A stretch of 64,000 nt of DNA from positions 94,862,001 to 94,926,000 of the forward strand of contig NC_086108.1 in NCBI RefSeq assembly GCF_963921235.1. The letters run 5' to 3'. A model generated the notes under the pieces. The model did not search any database. It was not told the origin of the DNA and worked only from the letters and a program-made list of their open reading frames with translations. Origin of the DNA: Mobula hypostoma. Taxonomy: Eukaryota. Shown one piece after another: positions 37,700 to 49,849 of the stretch; positions within the stretch are counted from its first letter, which is position 1, and the number at the start of each line of letters is the position of its first letter. The position numbers were made by a program, and so were the translations under genes.

Positions 37700-38070
37700 G
37701 AACATAGAATTCCACAGCACATTACAGGCCCTTCAACCCACAATGCTGTGCCGACCATGTAACCCACTCCATCTGCCTAGAATTTCCCAAGTGCATAACC
37801 CTATATATTTCAAAGCTCCATGTACCTATCTAAGAGGCTCTTAAAATACTTTATTGCATCCCCCTCATGTTAGCCATTTCAGCCCTGGGAAAAAGCCTCT
37901 GGCTATTCACGATCAATGCCCCGATTATCTTATACACCTCAATCAGGTCACATCTCATGCTGTGTCACTCCAAGGAGAAAAGGCCAAGTTCACTCAACCT
38001 ATTCTCATGAGGTACGCCCTCCAATCCAGACAACACCCTTGTAATTATCCTCTGCACTCTCTCTATAGTA
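37700..38070 (-). mobile_element. CR1 3' fragment
   Basis: Similar to 31518-32000; gaacatagaa tail. Confidence 0.7.
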
Positions 38071-38174
38071 TCTGGAAAAAGTAGTCTGTCATAATTGCTA
38101 CCACCACTCCCTCCTCATCCAAAAACATGATCACTAATCAACTGAATTTAGTTCTAACTGTAATTAGGTCTTAC

Positions 38175-38298
38175 CTCACCAGTTTGCAGTCTGTCCCAAT
38201 TTTCATGAATGTAAGTCATCAATTCAAGCTCAGAATCAAAATACTTCTTTTTGTGAATAACACTTAGGTTATAAAGGCTTAAATGTGCTATGTCAACC
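38175..38298 (-). CDS. MTF2: MTF2 exon 9 (EH/winged helix)
   Basis: [41 protein letters not shown]. cctag|G and GAG|gtaaga, 124 nt. Confidence 0.96.
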
Positions 38299-38785
38299 CT
38301 AGGAGAAAATATTTAACATTAATATTCAGACATTAAAAAATCATTTCTAATAGTTTGAACACATTTCTTCAGTAGCTCGTATTTGTTTGCTGACTACGAA
38401 ACTCAAAACAATTACTGCACAGAAGGTCAAGAAAAATAAGGAAGCAGGGAAATACCAATGAGATACTTTACTAATACTAGTGCTGCCTAATTTAAAAACA
38501 AAAGCAGAAATAAAATCTTTATGGAAACAATTGTTAATTCAGTTCAGTTTTAAGCCAATACTTAATATTAATTTAATACTTGTTTAAATGAAATATTTTA
38601 CATTGTAAAATGTATTTAGTATTCATAAATATATACGTGAAAAGGGATGAACTGAACGCAACATATCTGGTAAATTTATCACTGCTTATAATCTTAAACC
38701 AGTTATCCCTGAGGACAAAGGCATACAGATCAATGCCAGAGTCACTTGAAAAACATTTAAGGCAAACCAGAAAAAAATAACATAC

Positions 38786-38854
38786 CATCGTAACGGTAGA
38801 CGTTTGAGGTATTCTGGTCCAGAATTGCAAACAGAACAAATAAATAAATAGAAC
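38786..38854 (-). CDS. MTF2: MTF2 exon 8 (PHD2)
   Basis: [22 protein letters not shown](W). tacag|G and TG|gtatgt, 69 nt. Confidence 0.95.
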
Positions 38855-39121
38855 CTGTAGATAAGAAAAATAATGAATCAAAAATACAACTTGAAAGTGC
38901 AAGTGATCGACACAGAAGAAAGCAAGCCATTCAGCTCATCAAGCCTTTAGCAATGTTTATACTCCACAAGACTCCAATCCCATCCACCTCACCCCTTTCA
39001 GCATACCATGCTACTCAGTTACTGTCTCCAGACAATTATTTTTTGCAAACATTTAAGCTGAGGCAATGAATTCCACATTGTATCCTGCAAAAAGAAATTT
39101 CTATTTCCTAATATATATTTA

Positions 39122-40656
39122 CAGGTTTCCCCCGCCATCCGAAGGTAGAGCGTTCCTATGAAACGGTTCGTAAGCTGAAATGTCGTAAAGCGAAGAAGCA
39201 ATTACCATTTATTTATATGGAAAAATTTTGTGGGCGTCTGCAGACCCAAAAATAACCTACCAAATCATGCCAAATAACACATTAAACCTAAAATAACAGT
39301 AACATATAGTAAAAGCAGGAATGATATGATAAATACACAGCCTATATAAAGTAGAAATACTTTTCCACAATCATTACCGAACTGTTCTCCGTAGCGAAAA
39401 TCTCAAGCAAGCGCTGTTGGCAAGAACACTCTCTCCAGTAACCTTTAAGCTATGAAGCTGCCAAATCATAGCAAATAACACGTAAAAATACACAGCCAAT
39501 ATAAAGTAGAAATAATGTAGGTACAGTGTAGTATCACTTATGGGAATCCGGAAGATAGCTTGCCGAGCACACTGATGATGGTGTGTTAGACTGCGTCGTC
39601 ACAGGTTGGGATGGTGCAGTGGCCCCCACCCTCCAGGCCACCGAGCCATATATTGCCGCGAAGCATGCAGGAATGCAGCGGTAACCAGGAGGCACACAGC
39701 ACATCTTTAAGAAAAAAGCCGGAATAAACAAGCTAATTAATTAGGTGCCACCCGACACGTAATTGTCAGCCCAGATCAGTGCCGATTTCCGATTGCGTCG
39801 TCTCTGATCTGGGCCGACAATTACGTGTCGGCGGCACCTAATCAATTAGCATGTTTATTTCGGCTTTTTTCTTAAAGATGTGCCGTGTGCCTCCCGGCTA
39901 CCGTTGCATTCTCCGCGAACTGGTATCTGTCCATGGCCTAGGGGTTGGGGTGGTGGGACACTGGGGTGTCATCTCATCATCATCTGTTTCCCTTAGAGCA
40001 GGCAGCTCATCTTCTTCTATCTCTGCCCGCCTCGATGTCGAAGGTCGAGGTTCATCATCTGCGGCGGCTGATGTGGAAGGCTTGCTTGACTGCCGAGCCT
40101 CGCGCATTTTTCTATCACACAGATCTTTGTAAGGACTCAAACCACCCTGCAAATATCTCCTAAGCCGACGTACCCTTTCAAAGTTAAAGTCGTACTTTAT
40201 CATTACTCATTCCGTTTCGATTGTTGTCCTTTTTTCTTCCAATTGCATCAGCTCTTCATCTGTCAGTTCTTGGTCATGATAAAACCTCTTCAACATCATA
40301 TTCGTCAGCTTCTACAAGTCAAACTCACGTTGTCCTTACTTTGTTCACCATGATCAAAACGCTTAATTATGTCTAGTTTTACGTTAAGTGTAACACCCTC
40401 ACAAGCCCTTTCAGGCTTTTCCGATACCTTAGAACTCATCTTGCAAACGGCTGCTCACAGGCTTGTGGTTAAGCAATGCCGGCGAGAATCCAGGGGAGAG
40501 CGGCTGCTCGGGGCGCGCGCTGCCTTTTATAGCGCGCTGATTTTTTTTTTCATAACAGTGAAAACACCTCCTGAAGGCGAAAACAGGGTACTAATGTAGG
40601 TCTTTCGTAACACTGAGGTTTCGTAAAGCAAACGTTCAAAAAGCGGGGGACACCTG
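39122..40656 (-). mobile_element. Tigger-like non-autonomous element with internal palindrome (copy 1)
   Basis: TA TSDs; TIRs caggtttcccccgc / gcgggggacacctg; transposase C-terminal remnant at 39898..40203. Confidence 0.85.
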
Positions 40657-40739
40657 TAATGTTCTTCCCCAGATTAAGACTGGGTTCCCATTCCTGTGAA
40701 ATGTTCATACCTGAATAGCTACAAGTTGGAAAAGCAGAT

Positions 40740-41500
40740 GGCAACAGGAAATAAAACCAGAGAGGTAGAATAGGCCATTTGGACTTTGAGCATCTTCTGC
40801 CTTTTGATATGATATCTGAGCCTCTATAGCTTAATATCATATTCCTGCTCTCACCCAACACCCACTGCTCAACTATACTTTGCAAGATAATTTCTAGTTT
40901 GTGGTTAGGAATTCTACAAATGAAGAAATTTCTCCACATTCCTACATTTGTTACCATGTATCCGAAGACTGGAATACCTGGTTTACTCCCTACATCCAGT
41001 ATGGATTTTGCATATTTAAAGAAAACTTCTCCATTAGAAACTCAAGTAAATACAGACATAGGCAATACAATGATAATTCAACAGTTCTGGCATTTCCAGT
41101 AATGTCAGATTAACCTTCATTCTGGTCTCTCTATGGAAAGTATGTATTTTCTTTCCATAGAATTTTCTACCAAAATTGCACTCAATATTCCAGTTGTTTC
41201 ACCAAGGGAATGCAGCAATATTCCCTTGCTCCCGTAGTCAAAACTTTTTGCAATGAAAAACAACAAAGCACTTTGCATTCTTACATCCCACCTGCATCTA
41301 CAAGTTTGCTCTCTGCACCTGGTGTACATGGACACCCAGATCCCTTTGTGTCAATATTTCTCCAATCACTACCTAAATAACACTATATTTTCCCTAAACT
41401 GGATAACTTCACATTTATCCATGTTATAAAATACATGCAATGTTTTTGCTCATGCTCTCAACTTCACTAAGTTTCCTGGAGGCCTCAGTGCATCCTCTAC
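40740..41500 (-). mobile_element. Old degraded CR1 fragment
   Basis: gaataggccatttggac 3' UTR; ORF 41117..41335; ggataacttcacatttatcc. Confidence 0.5.
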
Positions 41501-41544
41501 AATACCCTCAAAGTTCACAGTAAATTTATTGTCAAAGTCGTGTG

Positions 41545-42830
41545 CAGCGCCTTGTGAAAGTATTAAGCTCCAACCTTTCGTTCACATAAATTACTCTTCT
41601 ATTCAGGGATTTTGATCAATTTAACTGAGGATTTTTATTTGTGAATCACATGCTCCTTTTTTTCAGATCCCAAAAGTTAGGGAAAATTGTGAAGCATTAC
41701 AAACTAAGAATTCAACAACTGAAATGTCAGTTGTTCAATCGTATTCACCATCCTTTCCTCAGTACTTAGTTGAACCATATCTTGCAGCTATTACAGCCAG
41801 TGGTCTTTTTGGTTAAGTCTCTATTAGCTTTGCACAATGGGATGGAGCAAGATTTGCCCATTCCTTCTTGGAAAATCGTTCAAGCTGTACTGGGTTAGTT
41901 GAGGAGCAGTGATGGACAGCAATTTTGAGGTCTGGCCAGAGATGGTTGATCGGGTAAAGATCAGGACTCTGACTGGACCACTCAAGGACATCCATTTTCT
42001 TCACTTGAATCCACTCCGTTGTTGCTCTGGCAGTGTGCTTTCTGTTGTCGTCCTGCTGAAAGACTAACTTCCTCCCCACTTTAAGCTTTCTGGCACAGCC
42101 TAGCAAGTTTTTATCCAGGATCTCTATATTTAGCAGCGTTCATCTTTCCATCAATCCTGACCAGATTTCCAGTCCCTGCTGCTGGAAAGCATCCCTATAG
42201 CATGACACTACCTCCGCCATACACAGTAGGGATGGTGTTACGTGGCTGATGTACAGTATTAGATTATGCCACATTACCACTTAGTGCTGAAGCTACAAAG
42301 CTCCACTTTAGTCTCATCTGACCACAAGATCTTCTTCCACATCTTTATAGTATCTTCTAAGTGAGACCTTACAAAGCTTTTATGAGCAAGGATATGCTTT
42401 TTTTTTAAACCAGGGCTTCTTCCTTGCCACTCTTCCATAAATACCCTTTCTGTCAAGGCCATAGAGATTGTGGAGCCATGAACTTCATCGTCAGTTGCAG
42501 CCACTGACTTCAGCAGCTTACTCAGTGAATGCTAGCATTACAGTAGTCTCTAACAAGTGTCATTCTTCTCCGGTGACTAAACTTAGAGGGGTGGCCTGTC
42601 CTAGGCAGTGTGGCTGTGGTTTCATTTTTTTTCCCCCCACTTTTTCACAATGGACCGTGCTGTGATTTGAGGGTTGTTCAGTGCCTTTGAGATGCTCTTG
42701 TTCCCTTCTCCAGATTTGTGTCTCTCTATCATCATTTCTCTGACTTGTCTTAAATGCTCTTAAGTCTGCATTTTTGTTTGGTCTCTTGAAAATCTACCAT
42801 ACTGTTGGACCTTACAGAGTGAGGGGGTAT
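41545..42830 (-). mobile_element. Degraded Tc1-like transposon
   Basis: ORFs 42274..42504 (ILWSDETK) and 41813..42106 (FQQDD...WSSQSPDLYPINHLW); TIR-like cagcgccttgtgaaagtatt. Confidence 0.8.
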
Positions 42831-43883
42831 TTATTATTATGAATTCATAGAAAACAGGGGATAATAAGACACTTAGAAACATGAATTTATGAAAGGGAAA
42901 TCAGGCTTAAAAGATCTAGTCTTTTCAGGCTATAACTGGTAGAATAGATAAACGAAAGTCAGGAGATCTGACAAAGTTGGATGAATTCTCACAAAAAGTC
43001 GTAATGCACGAGATTAGGAGGAAATATACTGTCATGGTTTGAGAATGGATTGAAATGCAAGAAACTTAAAGACAAGTACTTTCTTCAAGATGGCAGATGG
43101 TGGGTGGTGGAGTAGTGGTACGGTCTGCAGAAGTTCATCATACTGAGGATTTGAATAAAGAAATCAAATGTAAGATTTTAACACAAAATAATGAATCTCA
43201 AAGTTGCATATTGTGACATACAGTGCCTTGCAAAAGTATGCAACCACCACAACTATTTTCACATGTTACTGTCTCATTTTCTAAATTTCAAATATCGAAG
43301 GAGGATTTTTTGGAGCTAATCTACAAAACATTGTGCATCATGTCAAATCAAGAAAAAAATCCAAAACCTGTCCCCAACCACTTGTGTTAAGGATAACCAG
43401 TCTGTGATTCTCTATTTTCCCTCTTCCTCGTTTCCAAAACAATGGGATTACATTGGCATCTTTGAATTGCAGGACCTATATCTATTTTCTTAAATTTCTA
43501 ATGTCTGGTAACATTTAGTTGTTTATCCCAAATAACAACATTGTCAATATTAATAAACAAGGTGATTTGCCAGTAAATGCCACTAAAAGAATTCAATCAA
43601 GCAATGATCAATTTCTTGAAACATTCCAGCAATATACCAATAACGGTACAGCAGAAATAGTACAAAGTCAGCTTAAACCACCAATTAGGTTGTTAAAAAG
43701 GAAATCAGATTCTTAAAATTATCAATTAGTGTCCAGATATCCCTAACTACATTGTCAAATTATTGCAATATTTGAATGCTACTAGGCACCTGGATGAAAC
43801 GGGCATGTACTCAATCCCATTACAGACCTGGGTAAAATTCACACTATTATAGATACATTTTAAGCAGTAACACCAGGCATTAC

Positions 43884-43979
43884 CTGTCTCCATACAGCAT
43901 AGGCTTCTGCAAGCATTGTATACAGGCTTCATGGAACCACTGTTTACATCTCCAGCACTGCAACATTTTCAGGTACCAA
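43884..43979 (-). CDS. MTF2: MTF2 exon 7 (PHD2)
   Basis: [31 protein letters not shown](R). ctaag|T and AG|gtaatg, 96 nt. Confidence 0.96.
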
Positions 43980-44643
43980 CTTAGAAAGAAAGAAATCTGC
44001 ATCAGACATCCAAATATAATTTGGTTAAATATTTACAATAAAAGTAGTATCACCACTAACAAAGTTTGCTTTCAATGGGAAGAACTCATTTTTAACAGAA
44101 TGCCCTTTTTTAAAAATAAAGATTTATAAAGCACCTAAGGTAGTTCATCTCAAGCACTCCAAAGAACAGGGACTGAGGAGCACTTGTGTCCATGCAGTTG
44201 TGACCCCAACTGGCACAAATGACGGGGTTCAAGGAGACTGTTATAAGCTAATTTGTGTAATTTGCTTTTTGTGTAACTACAGATTGCATTCCAACAACTG
44301 AATATTTCAGAATTACAGCTACACAGAAATAATGACTGCAGCCAGAATTGTTTATGAAAATGTCAGTGTGCTTTCTTTCCCAATTAACTTCAGTCAAAAC
44401 GCACCCCCCCGCCCCCCCGCCAAAAATTTAAAACTTTCCGTACTTCAAATTTTTAAGACTTTTTAACCTAAAAGACAAATTGTCTTTATTTCTTTGCCAT
44501 ATCCCAATACCTTGTATTGGTTTACTTATGAAAGGATAGAAGGACACAGACTATGTCACACAAGGCATAAACCTCAAGAAAATTGTTCACAATTTTTTCA
44601 AATTAACTACAAAAACAAATTCAATCTAAACCATTTGACTTAC

Positions 44644-44792
44644 TCCCCAGGGCCTCCACAATAACAGTAACACTGCTCATGATTTGTTTTATGGCCTGCA
44701 TCCCACTGAAGATCTTCTAACTGGTATGGCAATGTCTGCTTCATGACTTGGAGAGCTTTGGCATTTGGTCCCTTCTTAAGAGCACCGCCCCT
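44644..44792 (-). CDS. MTF2: MTF2 exon 6
   Basis: [49 protein letters not shown](D). cttag|AGG and GA|gtaagt, 149 nt. Confidence 0.96.
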
Positions 44793-45879
44793 CTAAGATG
44801 GAAGGCAAAAACAAATGAATTAGCAACATGGTCCATAAGTGACCGATTAAGATACAAACACCAAAAGGTGAAAAATACCAAGCACTTAAAAAATAGACAT
44901 TTTCGATACCCCAGTTTCCAGTATTTTAACCGTATGACAATTTTCCATCACTGGAACATGATTTAGAAAATTAAACATTCACAGGTGCTTCACATTGCCT
45001 CCAGAATGCATTCTCAGGAAGGAAGAAGCAATTGGAGTCAGCACCAAACAGGGTCATCATGGCATTATACAGAGATATTACTATAGCACTCCTAAGCCCT
45101 ATGCAGTGATGTGCCGTTGTGCCAGGAACTTGGCTGATAAATTTAGCCCTCCAGCAAAAATAAAGCGCAAAGTGACCTCATCACGACATCATTCAATGTG
45201 GAGTTAGCCACCCCTCAACATACAATGTTACTTTCCGGGCTAGTGTCAGGTGAGAGGTGTTGTGAATCCGTTGCAGAGCTGAGGTCAGCATCCTGCTGAC
45301 ATAATCAGAGCATTCCATTGCTGGGAACTGGCCTCTGCGACTCCATGTGTTGACAGTCTTCCAGAATCCTGTTGTCCTCTCATTGCCTTCTTTGGATACG
45401 GTTGAAGCTGCTGTTTCCTGATCTTTTTGCTTCCCCAGCTTGCTCTTTGACATATTCACAATTGATGACTGTCAATCAGGTTTATTACCTTAGAGATATT
45501 TCTGGCCTATGGAGAGCTGTACAGCAAATAAAAAAGACAGCTGCTTCCAGCATATCAACAGAAAACAATGAGACACACAGCAGAATCCCAACCACATGTC
45601 AACATATTCAGCAGCAGTTTTAGTCCACAGTAATATTGTGCTGGCTAGAGTGTATCCCTCAGCCTACCATCTCAGTGTTGAGCAGTCACATTGCTCACCC
45701 CAACCCTTGTTCACTTGACACTGACTAGTGCTGCAACAAAAACACTATTCCACTACCTCATGAGTACGAAGAAAGAGCAGAGATTTGTGCCATGCTTTTG
45801 GCGTAGCAACATTACAATGAATCAGTGCTTTCTAGGGCAGCATTAAGGGGAGTAGCAACATACTTCAGTTGTACAATAC

Positions 45880-46457
45880 TGTAACACTCGCTTCGCCTAG
45901 CGGCTTAATATAGGGAGTGATAACCCCTGCCCGGCCAAACTTAAGAAATCTCGTTTGGGTGGATGCTGCGCGATGTGTCCTGTTACAAATCAGTACCCCG
46001 AAATAACAAACAGTACACAATGTGATTAAACAATTTAGCTTTACAACTCTTACTTTGACTATATGGTTAGTAGAGAAACAAAATATAAAACAAAAAGGGC
46101 CCAAATCATAAGATTTAATAATAAACAGTCAGTGCACAAAGTTGGAGCTCACTCAGTAGTCCTTCTTCCACCATTGGTCTCCTCCGTTCGGCGGTCTACC
46201 AAATCTCTCCATTCGTGTATTCTCTCTTCATCTCTCTCTCTCTCTCCCTCTCGCAAAAATCCACGAAATCAACTGCTTCCAGAATCACAAGACAAGGCAA
46301 CAAAATCCTGATTGGCTAACTTGCATCCACAATCCTGTTATCTCCAGCCATAACCCAAACATTGTTGCTACAGAGAAACTGATACCTCAGCAGTGAACAT
46401 TACAGAGAAGCCATTACATTAGCCTTAGCAGTGAAACATTACAAAGAAGCCATTACA
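45880..46457 (-). repeat. 3' LTR of the Gypsy element
   Basis: tgtaacac...cattaca; about 58 nt shorter than the 5' LTR because of indels. Confidence 0.93.
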
Positions 46458-47799
46458 TTCTCCCCCCACCAAATTTAGCCATGTCCTCATGACATTGAGA
46501 TAATTTGCCAACCCTTCCTGCAAAACACAAAGCCCAATCCAGGTGCAAAAGGCAGTGACATAGCTCCCCAAAACAGTAGAGATCACGCCCTGTTCCCCAG
46601 GCGCTACAGAGGCCAACCTATCCGGTGGTCTCCTAATTCTCTGAGATCTCCGTACCTCCTCACCTAACTCTTCAGGCTCAGGGAGCCCCCTGTCCCATGT
46701 CCAGGCCCCGCTTCCTCTCCTCCAGGGTCCTGTTGTAACCCAGGCTGCCCACAGATAGCACCCCCCCCCCCACCATTTCACCTGACTCAGCGGGAGAAGG
46801 GCCACGAGTCTCTGCCTCAATCAGTGGGGAGTTAGCGAAAGACAGCATGTACCACACATCCAGACCATCATCCTCCGAATTAGCATTCCTCTCATGGGCG
46901 GGCCCCAGCCCAGCCTCTCCTGCTATGGGCCCTGCAGACACCCCGCGTTTTCGCAGACTCCTCTTACCAGGTGTAGGCTCCAAGTCGGGCTTTGGGTCTA
47001 CCTGAACCTCTTGTCCCAGGGGAAACAGGTGGTTCCAATGGAGAATCTTGACAGACCCGTTCCCCTCCTCTGGTTTCACCCAGAGAACTGGTAGGTTTGG
47101 CATCTGACTCTCCACCACATAGGGTGTGGCCGCCCAGCAGTCAGCCAACTTGTGCTTTCCAGGTAGCCCCAAATTCCTTATGAGGACTCTGTCTCCCAGC
47201 GGGAGTTGGGAGATCCTGACTTTCTCACCATACCTCCTCTTATTTCCCCGATTCTGCTTGGCGGCCGCAACCCCAGCCAATTCATAAGCCCTTTTCAGCT
47301 CTCTCCTCATATCAAACACATACTTCAGATAAGGCTTTGATAGTAAGTCACCCTCGTCAGTCCCAAAGCAAAGGTCAATGGGCAACCTCGCCTCTTGCCC
47401 AAACATCAGATAATATGGCGAGTATCCAGTAGCTTCATTTCTTGTATGGTTGTAACAGTGAACCAGATGCCCAATATGTTGACGCCACCTGCTCTTCTTG
47501 CTGATATCCAGGGTCCCAAGCATGTCTAGCAAGGTCCGATTAAACCTCTCAAGCTGGAGATTGCCCTGCAGGTGTTAGGGCATGGTCCTTGACTTCTCAA
47601 CTCCAAGCATGCCCAGTAACTCACAGATGAGCCTGCTCTCATGGCCCCGTGACTGGTCACTATGTATCAACCTTGGAAGGCCATAATAAATGAAATACTT
47701 CTCCCATAACACTTTTGTCACTGTAGTTGCCCTCTGGTCCTTGGTAGGAAAAGCCTGAGCACATCTGGTGAGTGGTCCATGATGACTTAAGACGTTCGC

Positions 47800-49849
47800 C
47801 ATTGCCCTTTGAGCCCTCTGCTTTTTGATTTTGTATTAGAACCCTTAGCAATTGCTTTTCAAGAGTCTAAAGAGATTACTAGTATTTTAAGGAGAGGTAC
47901 TATTCATAAAGTGTCGCTCTATGCTGATGACTTATTGCTTTTTATATCTAATGTTACAACCTCCTTACCATTTGTGCTCCGTTTACTGACTAATTTTAGT
48001 CAGTTCTCAGGATATAAATTAAATTTACAGAGGAGTGAACTGTTTCCTTTAAACAATTTAATACCAACCGATACGAACCTTCCTTTTAAAATGTTAAGAA
48101 AACAATTTACATATTTAGGAGTAACAATTACTAAGAATTATAAAGATTTAAGGAAATTTTTTTAAGTTGATTGAATTATGTTAAAAAAAACTTTCTAATT
48201 GGTCGTCTCTCTTTATCACTAATTAGCCAAATCAATTCTATTAACCATGAATATCTTACCTAAATTCATATACCTTTTTCAAGCTGTGCCTGTTCTTATT
48301 CCTAAATCTTTTTTTGACTCTTTGGATTCAATTCTTTCTTCCTATATATGGAAGAATTAAAAAACTTTGTATAAATAAAGCTCACCTTCAAAAAACCAAA
48401 CAGAACGGAGGATTTGCCTTACCCAATTTTAGGTTATATTATTGGGCAGTTAATATACGAAATATTACGCTCTGGATATACTACATTAACCATGAGAATT
48501 GCCCCACATGGATTTCTCTGCAAGTCAACTCTTATAAAATTTTCTATTATTTCTTTACTTGCAATCTCGCTTCCTTTATCTTTAAATAAACTAATTGACA
48601 ATGTGGTGGTTAAACATACATTGAGGATTTGGTTACAGTTTGGAAAACATTTTGGTTTATTAAGATTCTCCTCTCAAGTCCCATATTTTCTAATTGTTTT
48701 TTTAAACCATCTTTAATTGACTTATCTTTTAAAGAATGGGATAGATTGGGTATTAAACGATTTCAGGATTTGTTTGATGGAGTGAACCTCTCTTCTTTTG
48801 TGCAGCTTTCAATAAAATTTAACCTTTCTAATACTCACTTTTTTCAATACTTACAGATTAGAGATTTTTTTTAAGATCTCAATTACTTACATTTCCTACA
48901 AGTCCAGATAAGGAAAGATACAATTTTTAATTTGAATACAGTTCAATATCTGACATTTAAGATCTACTGTTGGGACTGAAAAGGCCTCTTTAGATAAAAT
49001 TAAAGGAGATTGGAAAAGGATTTACAAATTTTCATATTTGAAGAGAGCTGGAAGATTATTTTAAAATTGATCAATTCTTCATCATTATGTGCTTGTCATT
49101 CTAAAGACAAGCTGTCCCGTTTCTACACAGATATTTCCCCTTACTGTGATAGATGTACTAATGGAGTGGCCACACTAATTCACATGTTTTGGACATGTCC
49201 GAGCCTTGAAAAATTCTGGAAAGATGTATTTCAAACTTTTTCTACACTTTTCAATGTCAGCTTTAAGCCCAATCCTTTGACTGCCTTGTTTGGTATTGTT
49301 GAGGATAGTGCTACAAAATTGAAGTAATCTAACTTGCAGGTATTGGCCTTTATGTCTCTTATGGCCAGGAGGTCGATCTTGCTCAAGTGGAAGGAGGCCG
49401 CTTCGCCCACTCATGTTCAATGGCTATCTGGTGTCATGTTGTCCCTTGATCTAGAGAAGATTCGTTGTTCAGTTTCTGATTCTAAACATGATTTTCTAAT
49501 GTTATGGGGACCCTTTCTGAATTATTTTCACAATCTTTGAACTGTTATTAAAGTATGGATCTGAGCCATTATTATATCATACGGTAAGGTATTTTTCTTT
49601 TTTCTTTTTTTTTTACCAACCAGCTCATTTTGGTAGTGCAGGTAGATTTTTTTTTAAATAAAATACAATTATTTTATTTCATTTCATAATTCAATCTTTT
49701 TTTCTACATAATTGATTTGGAATATGGGATCCTGTGATCATATTACTGTGGTTTAAATGTAATGTAATTCATATTATTTACTTGTATCCTTATGAATTTT
49801 GTAATTGTATTCTTGCAATTTATATAATATCAATAAAAATATTGAAGAA
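47800..49849 (+). mobile_element. 5'-truncated L1-clade LINE nested in the Gypsy integrase
   Basis: CPLSPLLFDFVLEPLA...KVSLYADDLLL and CDRC...HMFWTC motifs; aataaa plus A-rich tail; TSD aagacgttcgc/aagacattcgc (47789-47799, 49850-49860). Confidence 0.9.

Noticed and set aside
46365..46457. Short direct repeats (cagtgaacattacagagaagccattaca) resembling an array
   Set aside because: Internal tandem duplication of the LTR, present in both LTRs; not CRISPR-like, and the DNA is eukaryotic.
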